64,000 bases of DNA from a virus. Below the pieces are notes generated by a model. That model did not search any database and was not told the origin of the DNA. It saw only the letters and a program-made list of their open reading frames with translations. This document shows, in pieces, positions 8,306-16,483 of this stretch (position 1 is the stretch's first letter; every line of letters starts with the position of its first letter). Both the position numbers and the translations under genes were made by a program. The DNA lies in the IMG/VR virus record IMGVR_UViG_3300025030_000005, positions 1 to 64,000 of that record; one strand, written 5' to 3'.

Positions 8306-8647
8306 ATGAAAAGATTCTTCAGTCTGATGATGTTGGTGGTTCTGTGTTGCATGTTCATGGGGTGCGACAATCCCTCCGTCCCGCAGCAAGCTATGCTTGA
8401 CCAGAACGGTCAGGTCGTCACGCAGCCGATGCAACAACAGCCGGGCATGGACCCGCTGGCGGCTGGCGCTATCGGTGCCGCTGGAGGTTATCTGGCAGGT
8501 AAGATGATGAACAGGCCTTCAGCCAACATCGTACAGCAACGAACGGTGGTGGTCAAGAAATACTACCAACGGCCCAGCTACCGGCCTTCCAGTTACAGCA
8601 GCTTCAGATCTTCCGGCTACCGTTCCGGCGGCTTCAGGCGCAGGTAA
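8306..8647 (+). CDS. putative lipoprotein, Gln/Gly-rich with Arg/Ser-rich tail
   Basis: MKRFFSLMMLVVLCCMFMGC signal peptide plus lipobox FMG|C. Confidence 0.65.
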   Translation: MKRFFSLMMLVVLCCMFMGCDNPSVPQQAMLDQNGQVVTQPMQQQPGMDPLAAGAIGAAGGYLAGKMMNRPSANIVQQRTVVVKKYYQRPSYRPSSYSSFRSSGYRSGGFRRR

Positions 8648-8663
8648 AGTAGCAGCCTCTTAG

Positions 8664-8692
8664 AAGCGCCAAGTTAGTCTTGGCGCTTTTAT
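8664..8692 (+). terminator. rho-independent terminator
   Basis: AAGCGCCAAG-TTAGT-CTTGGCGCTT followed by TTAT. Confidence 0.75.
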
Positions 8693-8722
8693 AGATTCTA
8701 CCACTTTTTAAAGGAGATCACA

Positions 8723-9013
8723 ATGAGCAAGCTCTGGTTTCTTCCTATGCTTCTTGGGTTCCACTTTTTATTTTATGAGCACAAACATTTTTTGTGGTTT
8801 CGTAAACTCATGCACAAGACTAAAGTTACAAGCTTCCTTGCTTCTTGCGTCTTCTGCAGGTTTACCTGGACCGGCGCTGCTATAGCCGTAGTGTTCTACT
8901 CCACATATAACCCTTTGAAATTACTTGGAATAGGAGTTAGTTCTGGAATTATAGGGTTAATTTTCTACGTAGCTTTTTGTCCATGCCTTCGCGTATATGA
9001 GAGGAATCACTAG
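8723..9013 (+). CDS. hypothetical membrane protein
   Basis: SD aaaggag. Several hydrophobic helices (LWFLPMLLGFHFLF, GIGVSSGIIGLIFYVAF). Confidence 0.6.
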   Translation: MSKLWFLPMLLGFHFLFYEHKHFLWFRKLMHKTKVTSFLASCVFCRFTWTGAAIAVVFYSTYNPLKLLGIGVSSGIIGLIFYVAFCPCLRVYERNH

Positions 9014-9014
9014 T

Positions 9015-9383
9015 ATGAAAAGACATCTGAAGATTCGCGGGACACTGAGCAAAGATAAAAATACAGTGACAGTAGAGATATTATCTATGAGTCATTTTGG
9101 TAATGAGTTTGGAAATGATATTCCCTGGGTAGCTCCACAATACGAAAATAACTGGTTAACCAATTACTATAAGTGCTCTTTCAACCTCCCTGAAAGGTTA
9201 TCTTTAGTGTCACATCCATGGATGAACCCTATGGTAACCATAACTCCAAGTAAGACTCTAATGGTATGTTTACCTTTTACTCATACGAAATCAATTAACT
9301 GCATCTTTAAGGTTAAAATAGAGCATTGGGATAGCATAAAGAAGTTAGTCAAGGCATACAATGAGTGGGGAGATAATCAGTAG
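9015..9383 (+). CDS. HIKxR-EQxH-YNEW family protein
   Basis: MKRHLKIRGTL..VTVEILSMSHFGNEFG..WDSIKKLVKAYNEWG. Start moved from 8997 to ATG 9015. Confidence 0.85.
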   Translation: MKRHLKIRGTLSKDKNTVTVEILSMSHFGNEFGNDIPWVAPQYENNWLTNYYKCSFNLPERLSLVSHPWMNPMVTITPSKTLMVCLPFTHTKSINCIFKVKIEHWDSIKKLVKAYNEWGDNQ

Positions 9384-9384
9384 T

Positions 9385-9470
9385 ATATAGGTATATCGTT
9401 CCGACCAGCGGAACGATTCACATTATACCACACTTTTTGCATTTTGTCAAGTAAAATCTTTTATATAAAC
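9385..9470 (-). repeat. promoter + 5' hairpin cassette, inverted copy of 31706-31790
   Basis: The reverse complement matches 31706-31790 in a 28-nt block and a 45-nt block, separated by a divergent 12-nt promoter spacer. Contains hairpin ATCGTTCCG-N5-CGGAACGAT at 9395-9417. Confidence 0.85.
9422..9450 (-). promoter_or_regulatory. consensus sigma70-type promoter on the minus strand
   Basis: Reverse complement reads TTGACA-17 nt-TATAAT with TGg extended -10. It points antisense into the + strand gene 9015..9383. Confidence 0.6.
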
Positions 9471-9489
9471 ACTTTTTAGGAGCTACGCT

Positions 9490-9843
9490 ATGCCTAAGCA
9501 CATAAAGATAAGGGCTGAACTTTCTGCCGACCGTAAAGTGGTATCCTGTGTTGTGTTGGAGATGTCGCATAAAGGAACCGAGTTCAGCTCCAAAGCAATG
9601 AAAGGAGCAAGCGAACACCACACAGGATGTTTTCTACATGGCCCTATACTTCTATGCGCTGTAGCTGGGTCAGGCCAACCTTACTGCGAGCCTCGTAAAA
9701 AGCTGTCCTGCCCTTTACTTACTCATTATGTGGTCATGCCTAGAGGCTGTACCAATAACCCATTCAGTATTCCCGTAGAAGTTTGGCCTAGCGTAAAAGC
9801 TGCTTTCGTAGCCTATAACAAATGGGGAGAGTCACAACAATGA
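9490..9843 (+). CDS. HIKxR-EQxH-YNEW family protein (Cys/His-rich subtype)
   Basis: MPKHIKIRAEL..VSCVVLEMSHKGTEFS..HHTGCFLH..WPSVKAAFVAYNKWGESQQ. Confidence 0.85.
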   Translation: MPKHIKIRAELSADRKVVSCVVLEMSHKGTEFSSKAMKGASEHHTGCFLHGPILLCAVAGSGQPYCEPRKKLSCPLLTHYVVMPRGCTNNPFSIPVEVWPSVKAAFVAYNKWGESQQ

Positions 9844-10178
9844 AAAGACATTTAAAAATACGTGGTGTGCTATCCCCAGACAGACAAAGCGTTACTGCTT
9901 ACATTGTCAGTCAGTCTCATTTTGGGAAGGAATTTGGCATGGGATATGATAGATTCCCTTCAGAGGGTCCTATTTTCTTTAGAACTCCTGCAGGTTTTAT
10001 TTATAGTTATCCATACAGCTCAGGAGCCTCGGTATGGAATACAGAGTTTGCATTTGTACTGCCAGGAACCCCCACAGTAGACGGTAAAGAAGTGGGTATG
10101 AAGGGTTTGACACTAGTTCAATGGAAGGTATTTAAACAATTAGTAGAAGCATACAATGAGTGGGGTGCTTCACAATGA
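9840..10178 (+). CDS. HIKxR-EQxH-YNEW family protein
   Basis: MKRHLKIRGVL..VTAYIVSQSHFGKEFG..WKVFKQLVEAYNEWGASQ. ATGA start/stop overlap. Confidence 0.85.
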   Translation: MKRHLKIRGVLSPDRQSVTAYIVSQSHFGKEFGMGYDRFPSEGPIFFRTPAGFIYSYPYSSGASVWNTEFAFVLPGTPTVDGKEVGMKGLTLVQWKVFKQLVEAYNEWGASQ

Positions 10179-10528
10179 AAAGACATATTAAAATACGCGG
10201 TGTTCTATCAAAAGACAAACAGAGTGTTGATGTTTATGTAGTAGACCAAACGCATTTTGTAGAAGATTTTGGTATGCCTAATCAAAAACATCCAGATAAT
10301 GGGCACATTTTTTTCAGAACTGATGCAGCTTTGTTGTATAGTTCTATGCACGTCTCAAGTGCTGAAGCGTGGGGCTACAGTCCAATGGTAACTGCTTTTA
10401 GATTTCCCGGAACCAAATCTGAACATGCAATTAAATTTAATGGGCACATAAATCTAACGCAGTGGAAAGATTTAAAAGAAGCAGTTGCGGCATATAATCA
10501 ATGGGGAGAAGAACAAGGAGACGTTTAA
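10175..10528 (+). CDS. HIKxR-EQxH-YNEW family protein
   Basis: MKRHIKIRGVL..VDVYVVDQTHFVEDFG..WKDLKEAVAAYNQWGEEQ. ATGA overlap. Confidence 0.85.
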   Translation: MKRHIKIRGVLSKDKQSVDVYVVDQTHFVEDFGMPNQKHPDNGHIFFRTDAALLYSSMHVSSAEAWGYSPMVTAFRFPGTKSEHAIKFNGHINLTQWKDLKEAVAAYNQWGEEQGDV

Positions 10529-10529
10529 A

Positions 10530-10910
10530 ATGCCAAAACATATTAAAATAAGAGCCAGTCTTTCTCCTAAGATGAAGACAGTTAGACTTCATCTTATACA
10601 GCAGAGTCATGCTGGACCAGAATTTGGTCCTGAAAAGTATAACCGTGTGAACTGGTATGGACAACCTACTGTAGTGGGATCTAAATTCTCTCACAGAAGA
10701 GTACGCATAGCCAGCAATGAACTTGACCATGCTAGAAACTGTCTTTATTTGTATAATGATATATATGATGACCTCATTACTTTATGGGTGAGTCATAAGC
10801 CTGTAGCAGAAATGAAAAATAAGACTACAGCCGGCGTTCACATAAAACATTGGCCACAAGTGAAAGCAGCCATAGAAGCATACAACGCGTGGGGAGCCAC
10901 TCAGGAGTAA
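10530..10910 (+). CDS. HIKxR-EQxH-YNEW family protein
   Basis: MPKHIKIRASL..VRLHLIQQSHAGPEFG..WPQVKAAIEAYNAWGATQE. Confidence 0.85.
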   Translation: MPKHIKIRASLSPKMKTVRLHLIQQSHAGPEFGPEKYNRVNWYGQPTVVGSKFSHRRVRIASNELDHARNCLYLYNDIYDDLITLWVSHKPVAEMKNKTTAGVHIKHWPQVKAAIEAYNAWGATQE

Positions 10911-10913
10911 AAT

Positions 10914-11255
10914 ATGCCAAAACATATGAAAGTAAGGGCCGAGTTAATCGACGATAAGGCTAACGTTAAAGTAACCATCCTTGAAATGTCTCATATGGGA
11001 AATAAATTTAGTGCTATAGACAAGACTGGATTAGAAGGAAGACATACCGGCTGCTTTGCGCATAAGGATGCAGTACTATGTGCCCTGAAGTCATCATCTG
11101 GAATACGCATTGAGAATGCATTCTGGAATATGGGTGAGCTGATGTTAGTAATGGGCACGCTGTCAGTTGGGAGGTCAATAACCCTTTCGTTAGGGTCATG
11201 GGCTAAAATTAAAGCTGCCATACAAGCCTACAATGAGTGGGGTGCGACTCAATGA
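10914..11255 (+). CDS. HIKxR-EQxH-YNEW family protein (Cys/His-rich subtype)
   Basis: MPKHMKVRAEL..VKVTILEMSHMGNKFS..RHTGCFAH..WAKIKAAIQAYNEWGATQ. Confidence 0.85.
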   Translation: MPKHMKVRAELIDDKANVKVTILEMSHMGNKFSAIDKTGLEGRHTGCFAHKDAVLCALKSSSGIRIENAFWNMGELMLVMGTLSVGRSITLSLGSWAKIKAAIQAYNEWGATQ

Positions 11256-11581
11256 AAAGACATATTAAAGTTAGAGCTAGGCTAACTTCGGATAACTCGG
11301 AAGTTCTCCTAACCATATTAGAACAGAGTCATTTTAGGTATAATTTTAGCGAAAAAGGACAACAGTCTCCTGAATTTCATAATGGAGTCTTTGAGCGCGG
11401 GAGAGTTCTCCTTCTAGGAGCGAGTAACACCAACGCACTCAACGACACGTTCTGGGTGCATAATAAATTCTGCGTAGTAATAGACCAAATTAATTACCCA
11501 ATTGTAACTATCTCCACAGAAATGTGGGTAGAAGTTAAGAAGGCCATACAAGCCTACAATAAGTGGGGTGAATCACTATAA
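11252..11581 (+). CDS. HIKxR-EQxH-YNEW family protein
   Basis: MKRHIKVRARL..VLLTILEQSHFRYNFS..WVEVKKAIQAYNKWGESL. ATGA overlap. Contains a degenerate stem-loop copy at 11285-11304. Confidence 0.85.
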   Translation: MKRHIKVRARLTSDNSEVLLTILEQSHFRYNFSEKGQQSPEFHNGVFERGRVLLLGASNTNALNDTFWVHNKFCVVIDQINYPIVTISTEMWVEVKKAIQAYNKWGESL

Positions 11582-11610
11582 AATAACTTGCAAAACAGGA
11601 GGGAGTACCT

Positions 11611-12981
11611 ATGGCTCTTAGATTTGAAAAAATAATGGGAAAGCTAAAACCCGAAACCATTAAAAAAGTTGAGGAGCTAAAAGATACTCCCGCGCATAAC
11701 TTCGCCCGCCTTGCGGTAACCCTCGCAACCATCCGAAAGAAAACCACTGACAAACTCCATAACTCCATCAGAAAGGAAGGCGGAATTATGTCAGAAGACA
11801 CTCCCCTCGCACTTCCGATAATCGGAAATCCACAAGAGGTTGTAGTGTTCCCCAACATCAAAGCCAAAGGTTCTATGGAGTCAGTTGTTGATTACCTCAG
11901 AGCCATCCTGTCAGACCCCAAAACCAAATTACGAGTTGAGACTCGTGAGAGAGCCTTGAAGCTTGTGCTGAAAAGAGAACACACAACACTCGCTCGGCTC
12001 ATCACTGAGCACTCTGACTTGGTAGCTAAAGGTTATCGTGCAGACCAAATTGAAGCTATCAGCAAAAAGACAGCTTTACTGTTCGCAAAGCCTCGTTTTG
12101 TAATCTGCAAGACCCCCGCAGAATGCTACATCGCCTACAGCACAAATGTAATAGGAAGCTGCATGAAAAAGGGCAGCACCCATTACCAAGACTGGACCTC
12201 CAAAACGTGGGTAAAGATCGCAGACGACACCGGGCATTACCCTTCCTCGTGGTACCTCTATCTTCCGTATGCGAAGCAGTGTTACTTAGAAGTCGATGGA
12301 AGGCCGGTTGCTAGGTACATGCTATACCGTACTGATGTAACCAAGGACGAGTGGCCTTCCTACGGTTACGTCAAAGGAGAAAGCTACGTGTACTGTGACC
12401 AAGTGCATACTGAGATGAAAAGACTCGGTAAGAAGTTGGCATATGGTACGCCTACTGTGTGCAGGTTTGAGGTTCCTGCATTGTTTCATCCGCTGCTGAA
12501 AGATGGTAAGGTGGCTCACTGCCCACTTCCCTTCTCCGATGAGCATCAAAAAGACTTCTCTGTGGTTTACGACGAAGAGAAGCAGGTATTTGTGTTTGAT
12601 AAGTCTACTAAGCTTAAAGGCACAGCAGTTCCTAATATGTACCATTACCGTGGCTACATCGACAGCTCTGTTATAGTAAGAATAAACAAGAAAGAAGAGG
12701 AAAAGAAGGAGCCAGAAGCTGCTAAAGAAGTGCTAATGGGTTCAGCTAAGAGCAGAACGTGCAGGACATGCTCAAGGTTAAAGTCTGAGCACTGCAAGAC
12801 ATGTAGCACCATAAAAGATGCTGGCTACCACGATAAGTGGGAGAAGGCTCCTGAAGGTAAAGTTATGGCGGCAATAAAGAAAGTAATAATGGGCGGAGCT
12901 GCTGAAGTTAAGCTGCCGGATGCTCAGAAGGTGAATGTTGAGGCTGTTCCTGCTGATGAGTGGCTGCAAACTTTAGAATAG
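11611..12981 (+). CDS. hypothetical protein (456 aa)
   Basis: SD aggaggg. C-terminal CRTCSRLKSEHCKTCS zinc-ribbon-like motif. The central region IGSCMKKGS loosely resembles FRSCHSFDG in 16484..18076. Confidence 0.7.
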   Translation: MALRFEKIMGKLKPETIKKVEELKDTPAHNFARLAVTLATIRKKTTDKLHNSIRKEGGIMSEDTPLALPIIGNPQEVVVFPNIKAKGSMESVVDYLRAILSDPKTKLRVETRERALKLVLKREHTTLARLITEHSDLVAKGYRADQIEAISKKTALLFAKPRFVICKTPAECYIAYSTNVIGSCMKKGSTHYQDWTSKTWVKIADDTGHYPSSWYLYLPYAKQCYLEVDGRPVARYMLYRTDVTKDEWPSYGYVKGESYVYCDQVHTEMKRLGKKLAYGTPTVCRFEVPALFHPLLKDGKVAHCPLPFSDEHQKDFSVVYDEEKQVFVFDKSTKLKGTAVPNMYHYRGYIDSSVIVRINKKEEEKKEPEAAKEVLMGSAKSRTCRTCSRLKSEHCKTCSTIKDAGYHDKWEKAPEGKVMAAIKKVIMGGAAEVKLPDAQKVNVEAVPADEWLQTLE

Positions 12982-13009
12982 TTACCTTATTAAAAAGGAG
13001 ATTAAAAAT

Positions 13010-13579
13010 ATGCACGGAACATTTGAGTACGCACAACTCCTTATACCTATCTACAATGATCTTTACGAAAGAGCTGATGCTCTTATGCGCAGGTTCAATC
13101 CGTGCAATGTCTGCGACGGAGTTTGCGAAAGATTCAGGCGAGGAGAAGGCAAGAACTTCTGCTGTAGCGCGGATACCAAAGGGTGCGTTTACCTTGGTCC
13201 GGAAGGCTGCCGAGTGAAGGCGCTTCGTTGTAAAATTTGGGTCTGCAACGAAAATCTGATCCATCCCAGTAATCTTAGGGCATTCTCCACAGAAATGTGG
13301 AACATCCTGATAACTGCCGAGAAGTTCAAGCTGCTGGTGGTTAGAGGAAGTATGGAGGATAGTATAGCGCAGGCTTGTAGAGCTTACACCCAAAACCGAC
13401 TTGAAAGAGAAGCTATGACTTCCGAGGCTCGGAACTACAAGAGAGATCCTTTGTTCTTATCTAATGGGCTGGTACCAGCCCCTCCACTTAGGAGGGTAAC
13501 TGCTTCCTTCACAAACTTCAACAAGTACAGTGAGGTTAACACCGCTCCCATAGAGCTGACCGACGAAGTTAAGGAGTAG
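13010..13579 (+). CDS. Cys-rich hypothetical protein (possible CxxCxxCC-type metal-binding domain)
   Basis: CNVCDGVCERF..NFCCS..GCVYLGPEGCRVKALRCKIWVC. SD aaaaggag. Confidence 0.55.
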   Translation: MHGTFEYAQLLIPIYNDLYERADALMRRFNPCNVCDGVCERFRRGEGKNFCCSADTKGCVYLGPEGCRVKALRCKIWVCNENLIHPSNLRAFSTEMWNILITAEKFKLLVVRGSMEDSIAQACRAYTQNRLEREAMTSEARNYKRDPLFLSNGLVPAPPLRRVTASFTNFNKYSEVNTAPIELTDEVKE

Positions 13580-13582
13580 CTC

Positions 13583-14059
13583 ATGGCTAAGTTTATAAAG
13601 TACAAGGCTAGGCTCATGCCTGATTTGAATACTGTCAGAGTGGTGATAACTGAGCAGAGCGATAGTGTAGGGTCATTTAGTAACAGCAGTTGGTATGAGT
13701 TTGTTGCTAAAAATGGAGTTGCTCTAATATCATTTTCCAGACCATTTTTCTATAGTCCATCTAGGATATACGTGCAAGGAAACAGCAAAGAAAGAAATAA
13801 CGATCCTATTTTTCTTGAAGTTGAAGATTATAGAAGGTTCAAAGAAGCCGTATTAGAGTACAATGAATACTACTCTGACATGGCTATAGCAGAACGTAAA
13901 GCATCAGCTGAGAGGTGGGCCAGTGTAGTATCAAATCCTCTGTATAGTTTTATGCGGGAAACTCCCGTAAATAAAAATGTAAAAGTAAATCGTGATTCCA
14001 ACACAGAGCCTTGGAAACAAAAGAGAAACCAACGTGGGTTTGCCTACAAGATAAGATAG
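13583..14059 (+). CDS. HIKxR-EQxH-YNEW family protein with C-terminal extension
   Basis: MAKFIKYKARL..VRVVITEQSDSVGSFS..AKNGVALISFS..IYVQG..YRRFKEAVLEYNEYY, plus about 50 further aa. Confidence 0.8.
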   Translation: MAKFIKYKARLMPDLNTVRVVITEQSDSVGSFSNSSWYEFVAKNGVALISFSRPFFYSPSRIYVQGNSKERNNDPIFLEVEDYRRFKEAVLEYNEYYSDMAIAERKASAERWASVVSNPLYSFMRETPVNKNVKVNRDSNTEPWKQKRNQRGFAYKIR

Positions 14060-14068
14060 GAGGAAACT

Positions 14069-14317
14069 GTGGGAGCTATATTCGACCTTGATAAGTTTGA
14101 AGAGGAAAACCCTGTATTTGACCCTTTCGTTGAGCGGGTCAATGAGCGGGAGATTGCCGAACCGTTGCATTGTTGGGGCTGCTTGGGCGTGTACGACCGA
14201 GCCTCTGGCGAACGCATAGGAGAGGCTGATCCTAACGGAGAAGAGGTTACATCCATGCATGACCTCTGTTCCGAGTGCCTCACAGTGACCAAGGAAACTT
14301 TAGTAGGGTACGAGTAA
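14069..14317 (+). CDS. hypothetical acidic protein with CxxC..CxxC
   Basis: GTG start behind SD aggagg. HCWGC...LCSEC. Confidence 0.5.
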   Translation: MGAIFDLDKFEEENPVFDPFVERVNEREIAEPLHCWGCLGVYDRASGERIGEADPNGEEVTSMHDLCSECLTVTKETLVGYE

Positions 14318-14444
14318 TGTTGTACCTTTAGCCAATTTCTCGGGCAAAAGAGAAGCCGCTCAAGATTGAGGCATTAGCCCAAATCTTGGTAACTTCAACC
14401 ACTACTTAGGAAACTAAGTATACAACCAAAAGGGAGATAACAAA

Positions 14445-14921
14445 ATGAAAAAGATCAAGCTGCAGGTAGTCAACAACCAAAACTTCAACAAAGTGCTCGT
14501 GAAAGTAACCGAGCAGACCAGCCGGTACTACAACTTCGGTGGTAACGTCGCAGGCGACAGCCGCAAGTTCCAGGCCAAAAACGGCCTGATTCTTGCTTCC
14601 AACGAGCGTCCGGCACGTGACGCAGACGACTCCAGCATCGTCTGGGTTCGCGGCTACGACGCCTCCAAGGACGACTCCAGCATCGTCCTGACCCGTGCTC
14701 AGTTCGACAAACTGGGTGCTGCTGTGCGTGAATACAACGAGTTCTGGAGTGCCTCCGCAGTGTACGACAGGCAGCTCATCGCACAGCGTGCACAGGCAGC
14801 AGCTCGTCTGGCAGCTCAGCAGCTCGAAGCAGCTCGTCAGGCAGAAGCTCTGCGTCGTGCAGCTGCTGCAGCCCCGCGCTATGCTGCATCTGCAAATTCT
14901 TGCTCGTACATCATCGGCTAA
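14445..14921 (+). CDS. HIKxR-EQxH-YNEW family protein with Ala/Gln-rich tail ending CSYIIG
   Basis: MKKIKLQVV..VLVKVTEQTSRYYNFGG..AKNGLILASN..VWVRG..FDKLGAAVREYNEFW. GC-rich. Confidence 0.8.
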   Translation: MKKIKLQVVNNQNFNKVLVKVTEQTSRYYNFGGNVAGDSRKFQAKNGLILASNERPARDADDSSIVWVRGYDASKDDSSIVLTRAQFDKLGAAVREYNEFWSASAVYDRQLIAQRAQAAARLAAQQLEAARQAEALRRAAAAAPRYAASANSCSYIIG

Positions 14922-14939
14922 TTCCGACACGTCGGAAGT
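14920..14939. repeat. conserved stem-loop element (AATTCCGA-CACG-TCGGAAGT)
   Basis: 6-7 bp core directly after stop TAA of 14445..14921. Confidence 0.75.
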
Positions 14940-15046
14940 AGCAGCAATTAAATAGAATCAAGGTGGCGCGGTCCTATCACTTGGAAGGGTCGCCGCGCCA
15001 CCCTCACTACCGCTTCATAGCGTACAAGACAAAAGGAGAGAATCAC

Positions 15047-15442
15047 ATGAAAAAGATCAAAGTGGAAGTAATCAAAGTTGCCGGTTTCGACAAAGGCCTC
15101 ATTCGCGTTCTGGAGCAGACCGAGCGCGGTGCCGATTTCGGCATGTACGATAACACCTTCACCGCATCGAACGGGGTGAAACTGGTGTCCAACCGCAAGC
15201 CGGCCCGTGATGCTGACCGTGCATTCGACAAGAGCGCTGCCAACACCGTCTACCTGCGCGGTTCCGATCGCACCCAGGACAACAACGCCATTGCTATTCC
15301 GGTTGGCCGTCTGGACAAAGTACTCGCAGCAATCGAAGAGTACAATCGCGTGTTCAGGTTTTGGCAGAAGCCGGTATACCACGCTGTACCGGCTCCGCGC
15401 CCGGTAGCTGCTCCGGCTGCTTGCAGCTACGTCATAGGTTAA
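15047..15442 (+). CDS. HIKxR-EQxH-YNEW family protein with Pro/Ala tail ending CSYVIG
   Basis: MKKIKVEVI..GLIRVLEQTERGADFG..ASNGVKLVSN..VYLRG..LDKVLAAIEEYNRVF. Start moved from 14963 to ATG 15047 behind SD aaaggagag. Confidence 0.8.
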   Translation: MKKIKVEVIKVAGFDKGLIRVLEQTERGADFGMYDNTFTASNGVKLVSNRKPARDADRAFDKSAANTVYLRGSDRTQDNNAIAIPVGRLDKVLAAIEEYNRVFRFWQKPVYHAVPAPRPVAAPAACSYVIG

Positions 15443-15451
15443 TCTGAAAAG

Positions 15452-15471
15452 GGGCGGGCTACGGCCCGCCC
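15452..15471. terminator. GC-rich stem-loop, possible (bidirectional) terminator
   Basis: GGGCGGGC-TACG-GCCCGCCC. An A-tract lies 5' and only a weak T-tract 3', so + strand termination is uncertain. Confidence 0.45.
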
Positions 15472-15486
15472 TATCTGTGAGGTGAT

Positions 15487-15786
15487 ATGAGAAGGCATAT
15501 AAAGTACCGAGCTAAATTAAACCCATCACTCAAAGAGGTTACTGTGGTAATCACAGAGCAGACCCACCGAGGAGACAACTTTACTCCTAGAGGTAGTCTT
15601 TTCAGGAGTTCTAGCAGATTCCGACTAGAAAGCTGCGCTACTCCTGCTTGGGAAGGTGATTCTGATGAAATGTACCTCAGAGGGTACCGTGAAGCATCCG
15701 ATGATCGAGAGTTCACTATGCCTCTGCATGTCTACTCGCAATTCAGGGAAGCCGTGAAAGAGTATAACGAAAAGTACAAAGAGTAG
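15487..15786 (+). CDS. HIKxR-EQxH-YNEW family protein
   Basis: MRRHIKYRAKL..VTVVITEQTHRGDNFT..MYLRGYREASDD..YSQFREAVKEYNEKY. Confidence 0.85.
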   Translation: MRRHIKYRAKLNPSLKEVTVVITEQTHRGDNFTPRGSLFRSSSRFRLESCATPAWEGDSDEMYLRGYREASDDREFTMPLHVYSQFREAVKEYNEKYKE

Positions 15787-15837
15787 GAAATGACGACCTA
15801 ACGGTCTGATCCTCCTGTTAACATAAAGGAGGCGAGA

Positions 15838-16179
15838 TTGGCAAAGCACATAAAGTTGAAAGCAGAGTTGCTTCGCCCTGACTTCAAAAGGGTCAAGGTG
15901 ACAGTACTGGAGCAGACACACTTTGGGTATGCATTTGGCCCTAAGGAACAATGGGGCGGCTCATATTTTGAGTACGCCAAGTTTAAAATATGCTCGTCAG
16001 GTGGTGCAATAAATGCATATTATTCGACAAAGGTTAACTTGTTAAATAGTGCACAGTATCTACCCGGACAAGTGTACGACAGGCCTTACTATAATTCCTG
16101 CATTGTGTCACTAGAAAAGTACAAGCGGCTCAAAAAGACAGTAGAAGCATACAACAAAAGGTTTGCAGATGAACCGTAA
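15838..16179 (+). CDS. HIKxR-EQxH-YNEW family protein
   Basis: TTG start behind SD aaggagg. AKHIKLKAEL..VKVTVLEQTHFGYAFG..YKRLKKTVEAYNKRF. Confidence 0.8.
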   Translation: MAKHIKLKAELLRPDFKRVKVTVLEQTHFGYAFGPKEQWGGSYFEYAKFKICSSGGAINAYYSTKVNLLNSAQYLPGQVYDRPYYNSCIVSLEKYKRLKKTVEAYNKRFADEP

Positions 16180-16206
16180 CCCAACCTAGGCACAAGGAGG
16201 TAACAC

Positions 16207-16392
16207 ATGAAAAGAAAGAACTTCGAGGCACGCGTGGATGTTAAAAGGGCCGAGGCTAAAGAGCGCACGGAAGCTCGTTCCAAACGCACCCCCCAGCAGC
16301 AGCTCGACCTCCTCGACCAGCGCCTTGGCAAAGGCGTGGGAGCACAGAAGGAACGCGCCAAACTGACAAAGCTCATCGAGCAGGGAGCGTAA
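16207..16392 (+). CDS. small basic coiled-coil protein
   Basis: SD aaggagg. Lys/Arg/Glu-rich 61 aa. Confidence 0.5.
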   Translation: MKRKNFEARVDVKRAEAKERTEARSKRTPQQQLDLLDQRLGKGVGAQKERAKLTKLIEQGA

Positions 16393-16442
16393 ACTAACCA
16401 CCTAAAAGGTTAACCCTTCGCTTACGCGAAGACAACAGCAAA

Positions 16443-16462
16443 ACTTCCGACACATCGGAAGT
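16443..16462. repeat. conserved stem-loop element (ACTTCCGA-CACA-TCGGAAGT)
   Basis: Perfect copy, identical to 8261-8280. A second small hairpin, CTTCGC-TTAC-GCGAAG, lies at 16417-16432. Confidence 0.85.
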
Positions 16463-16483
16463 CTCAAAGAAAAGGAGGAATCA

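Noticed and set aside
9015-11581. Tandem family arrays as an assembly artefact (collapsed or expanded repeats), or as a DGR-type diversification target.
   Set aside because: Copies are strongly diverged at nucleotide level outside the short junction cassette, so misassembly is unlikely. No reverse transcriptase or template-repeat pair is visible in the window.
12908-13393. 161-aa minus-strand ORF spanning the 11611..12981 / 13010..13579 junction.
   Set aside because: It overlaps two + strand genes that have SDs and coherent composition. It has no RBS and no recognisable motifs.
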